A stretch of DNA of 64,000 bases from Sulfurospirillaceae bacterium (GTDB lineage Bacteria > Campylobacterota > Campylobacteria > Campylobacterales > Sulfurospirillaceae), in NCBI GenBank assembly GCA_033723415.1, contig JAWVXD010000009.1:1-64000 (forward strand), read 5' to 3'. The position numbers and the translations under genes are program-made. Shown here piece by piece: positions 61,412 through 64,000 of this stretch. Positions within the stretch are counted from its first letter, which is position 1. Every line of letters starts with the position of its first letter. The notes under the pieces are model-generated. The model saw only the letters and a program-made list of their open reading frames with translations. It did no database searches and was not told the origin of the DNA.

Positions 61412-61672
61412 TACTTTTTTCTCCGCAAAAAAGTACCAAAACAAGCGAAGCGTTCTCGAAGAGATGTTTCCTTGAAAAAGCTCTTGCAACGGCTTCGAGC
61501 TTGACTTTGTCAAGTTCCCAAGAAATAGTAAATCCATTCCTAAAAATGCAAAACTCACTTCGTTCAAACAGTTGCATTTTCTTAACGTCATTACTTTACT
61601 ATTTCTCGGCTCTGCAGATGTTGCAACTGATGCACAATTCTGGATAGCGTTTTATGATTGGATATGGTTTAT
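61412..61672. repeat. Family B nested-palindrome element, copy 1
   Basis: Near-identical to 63494-63717 apart from a ~37-nt extra hairpin. Confidence 0.9.
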
Positions 61673-61772
61673 GGGGACAGGCTACTTTTTATATTCTTCT
61701 CTTATTTTCTATGTTTACATATAAAGAAATTGGAAGGATAAAAATAGAAACTATTTAAAGTAGCCTGTCCCC
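61673..61772. mobile_element. 100-bp MITE-like element (family A, A4) with perfect 16-bp TIRs
   Basis: GGGGACAGGCTACTTT 61673-61688 / AAAGTAGCCTGTCCCC 61757-61772. Confidence 0.7.
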
Positions 61773-61811
61773 TTTATGTCGTTTTTTTATGTATAAAGAT
61801 TTTTTAATTAG

Positions 61812-62954
61812 CTATCTGTCACCGGAATTTTTTATTTCATTTAAAGCTGCGATAAACCTGTCAATATCGTTATGATTATTGTAATAATGCAAAGATACAC
61901 GAACTCCTTCTCCTCGCTTTGCGACAATAATATTTTTAGCTTTTAGACTTCCTACAATATTGCTAGCATTTGGGACTGCAAATGATGTGATGCCAGACCT
62001 ATTCTCTTGTTCAAGTGGAGAAAGAATCTGTATATTGTGATTTTGTAGCTGCCTACGAAGATAATTTGATAGGTGATGGATCCTTTCAGAAATGTTATCG
62101 ATTCCTATTTTATTGAGAGTATCTATTGCTCCACCAAGCGCAAGAATATTAGGAAACTGTGGGTGACCCAACTCTAAAGCCTTTGCATTATTTGCTATAA
62201 CTAGCCGATTATTAAGTAACTTAGATGGATCACTAGCACTCTGCCAACCAACTGCAGGAAACTTTGATGAATCATGGAACTTTTTGTTGATAAAAAAACC
62301 TGCAATACCACAACCAGCATTGAGCCACTTGTAACCGGTGAACACCAAAAAATCAATATTGGCAGAACATACATCAATATTGAATGCTCCAGCAGATTGA
62401 CTTGCATCAACAACCAAATGTATGCCTAAACTCTTACAAAGCGCTCCTAGCTCTTCAAGGTTTTGACGAAATCCAGTTGTAAATTGAACGTGACTTATGA
62501 CAATGATTTTTATAGATGGCGTGATAGCTGAATTAAATTGATCTACGGTAGTTTTTCCATCCGATTCAACATCTATAAATTTCACATTATAGCCATGCTG
62601 AAGCCAGGGAAGAGAACATGATGGAAACTCATCAGAACGCATTAGTACATCACCAACATTATCCAGAATTTCTGCTATATAGTTCATTCCAAGAGAAGAG
62701 TTGGGTAGAAAGGCTATTTCATTTGAGTTGCCACCAACAAACTTTGCGATGTCCTCTCTGGTTTTTACAATTTTATCTGACCATTTATCCCAAAGTGTAT
62801 TTCCATATTGCAAAGACTCCTCATAATAAGATTTACCCCCGTTAGATGCGCTCCTTGATACAGGGCCTTGTCCAGCTGTATTTAAATAAACAAACTGCTC
62901 GCAGGCTGGAATGTCTTTCCGGAGTGTTTCCCAATCTATTGAATGCTTTTCCAT
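61812..62954 (-). CDS. PLP-dependent aminotransferase class V
   Basis: YLNTAG, SHVQF, VDASQ, GYKW, RVSLHYYN. Confidence 0.9.
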   Translation of the reverse strand: MEKHSIDWETLRKDIPACEQFVYLNTAGQGPVSRSASNGGKSYYEESLQYGNTLWDKWSDKIVKTREDIAKFVGGNSNEIAFLPNSSLGMNYIAEILDNVGDVLMRSDEFPSCSLPWLQHGYNVKFIDVESDGKTTVDQFNSAITPSIKIIVISHVQFTTGFRQNLEELGALCKSLGIHLVVDASQSAGAFNIDVCSANIDFLVFTGYKWLNAGCGIAGFFINKKFHDSSKFPAVGWQSASDPSKLLNNRLVIANNAKALELGHPQFPNILALGGAIDTLNKIGIDNISERIHHLSNYLRRQLQNHNIQILSPLEQENRSGITSFAVPNASNIVGSLKAKNIIVAKRGEGVRVSLHYYNNHNDIDRFIAALNEIKNSGDR

Positions 62955-62975
62955 AAAAATTGTCTCTCCTTTTAA

Positions 62976-63359
62976 TCAGCTGTTTATGACAGCCGCAATT
63001 GCTTCAATCTCGATCTGAAAGCCAAAATGCAGCTCACGAGTAGGAACAACAGCTCTTGCAGGACGATGGTCACCAAAAAAGCGGGCATACGTTGCGTTGA
63101 CACGATCCCATAACGTAATATCAGAGATATATATGGTCACTTTGAGTACATGATTTTTGTCACTATGTGACTGTTTTAAAATGACTTCCAAATTATTTAA
63201 TGCTTGCTCTGTTTGCTCTTCAATGTTACCGACGTGCTTATCACTGCTCTTAGGATTTATGGGAAGTTGGCCAGAAACATAGATTAATCCTCGATGCTCA
63301 ATAGCTTGAGAATAGTGCCCAGCGGGTTGAGGAGCATCATTCGATAATATTTTTTTCAT
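62976..63359 (-). CDS. RidA-family imine deaminase
   Basis: GHYSQA, VSGQLP, PARA, EIEAIA. Confidence 0.92.
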   Translation of the reverse strand: MKKILSNDAPQPAGHYSQAIEHRGLIYVSGQLPINPKSSDKHVGNIEEQTEQALNNLEVILKQSHSDKNHVLKVTIYISDITLWDRVNATYARFFGDHRPARAVVPTRELHFGFQIEIEAIAAVINS

Positions 63360-63392
63360 GTAAAACTCCTATATTGATTATGAGAGAGGTTC

Positions 63393-63484
63393 GGTGACAT
63401 TATACCTAACTCTATATTTCTCAATCTACATGTAGAGGTTATATTCTTCACATATAAAAGATTTTTTAGTTAGGTATCCTGTCC
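63393..63484 (+). repeat. Family A element, copy A6
   Basis: GGTGACATTATACCTAACT...AGTTAGGTATCCTGTCC, with internal palindrome TCTACATGTAGA. Confidence 0.8.
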
Positions 63485-63493
63485 TTCTCTCCA

Positions 63494-63717
63494 TACTTTT
63501 TTCTCCGCAAAAAAGTACCAAAAAGCTCTTGCAACGGCTTCGAGCCTAACTTCGTTAGGTTCCCAATAAATAGTAAATCCATTCCTAAAAATGCAAAACT
63601 CACTTCGTTCAAACAGTTGCATTTTCTTAACGTCATTTCTTTATTATTTCTCGGCTCTGCAGATGTTGCAACTGATGGACAAGTCTGGATAGCGTTTTAT
63701 TATTGGATATGGTTAAT
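63494..63717. repeat. Family B nested-palindrome element, copy 2
   Basis: Matches 61412-61672. Confidence 0.9.
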
Positions 63718-63797
63718 GAGGACATGCTACTCTTTATATCTTTCTCTTGTTCTCTATCCTTATATGTAAAGATTTTTTAATTAGGTAAACTGTCTCC
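63718..63797 (+). repeat. Family A element, copy A7
   Basis: GAGGACATGCTAC...GATTTTTTAATTAGGTAAACTGTCTCC. Confidence 0.75.
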
Positions 63798-63799
63798 CT

Positions 63800-63991
63800 T
63801 TATTCTTCTTTCACATAAACTGCTAGGTAAGTGATTGTTGGTTTTCCTAATCCTAAACAGCCGGGCTGTTGAATTTGAAATACTGAATGAAATTTGTATC
63901 CATCTGAAGCATAAGAAGTAAAGCGTTTCTCTAGACCAGAGATAGCTTTATTTGAAAACTCAGCACCGATTGATTCTATTTTATATTGCAT
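63800..63991 (-). CDS. Small hypothetical protein (DUF4177-like)
   Basis: GGAG RBS; MQYK...DGYKFHSV pattern. Confidence 0.6.
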   Translation of the reverse strand: MQYKIESIGAEFSNKAISGLEKRFTSYASDGYKFHSVFQIQQPGCLGLGKPTITYLAVYVKEE

Positions 63992-64000
63992 GATTTCTCC

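Noticed and set aside
61308..61591. ORFs 61308-61577 and 61388-61591
   Set aside because: Lie within the non-coding family B repeat; copy 2 has a ~37-nt indel and no equivalent ORF in the track
59698..63797. Classical integron attC array
   Set aside because: Core-to-core distance of about 44 bp in short copies is too small, there are no L boxes, genes are not co-oriented and no intI is in the window

Overview
AT-rich chromosomal window, very likely from a free-living Campylobacterota (Sulfurospirillum-like). This is inferred from the dimeric dUTPase, CadF-like OmpA, single-chain PFOR and TGnTATAAT promoters. It holds about 68 CDS; I saw no rRNA, tRNA, CRISPR array, integrase or transposase. 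Housekeeping genes (queC/E/D, luxS, PFOR, purT, recQ, ybaK, a MacAB-TolC-type exporter) alternate with accessory blocks. Highlights: (1) an MNIO (DUF692) RiPP operon with an exported Cys/Gly-motif precursor, followed by an OmpR-type two-component system and convergent msrPQ, with phased YTACAC boxes in its promoter; (2) two near-identical promoter-plus-hairpin units at the left edge that look like sibling anti-Shine-Dalgarno sRNAs; (3) a peptide ABC operon with embedded C26 and M20 glutamyl hydrolases beside a divergent aspartoacylase; (4) a right-end array of unrelated genes separated by same-orientation GGGGACAG-type inverted-repeat elements, with two copies of a nested element showing compensatory base changes. 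All calls come from reading motifs by eye; no searches were run. Some start codons were moved from the ORF track using RBS or promoter context.
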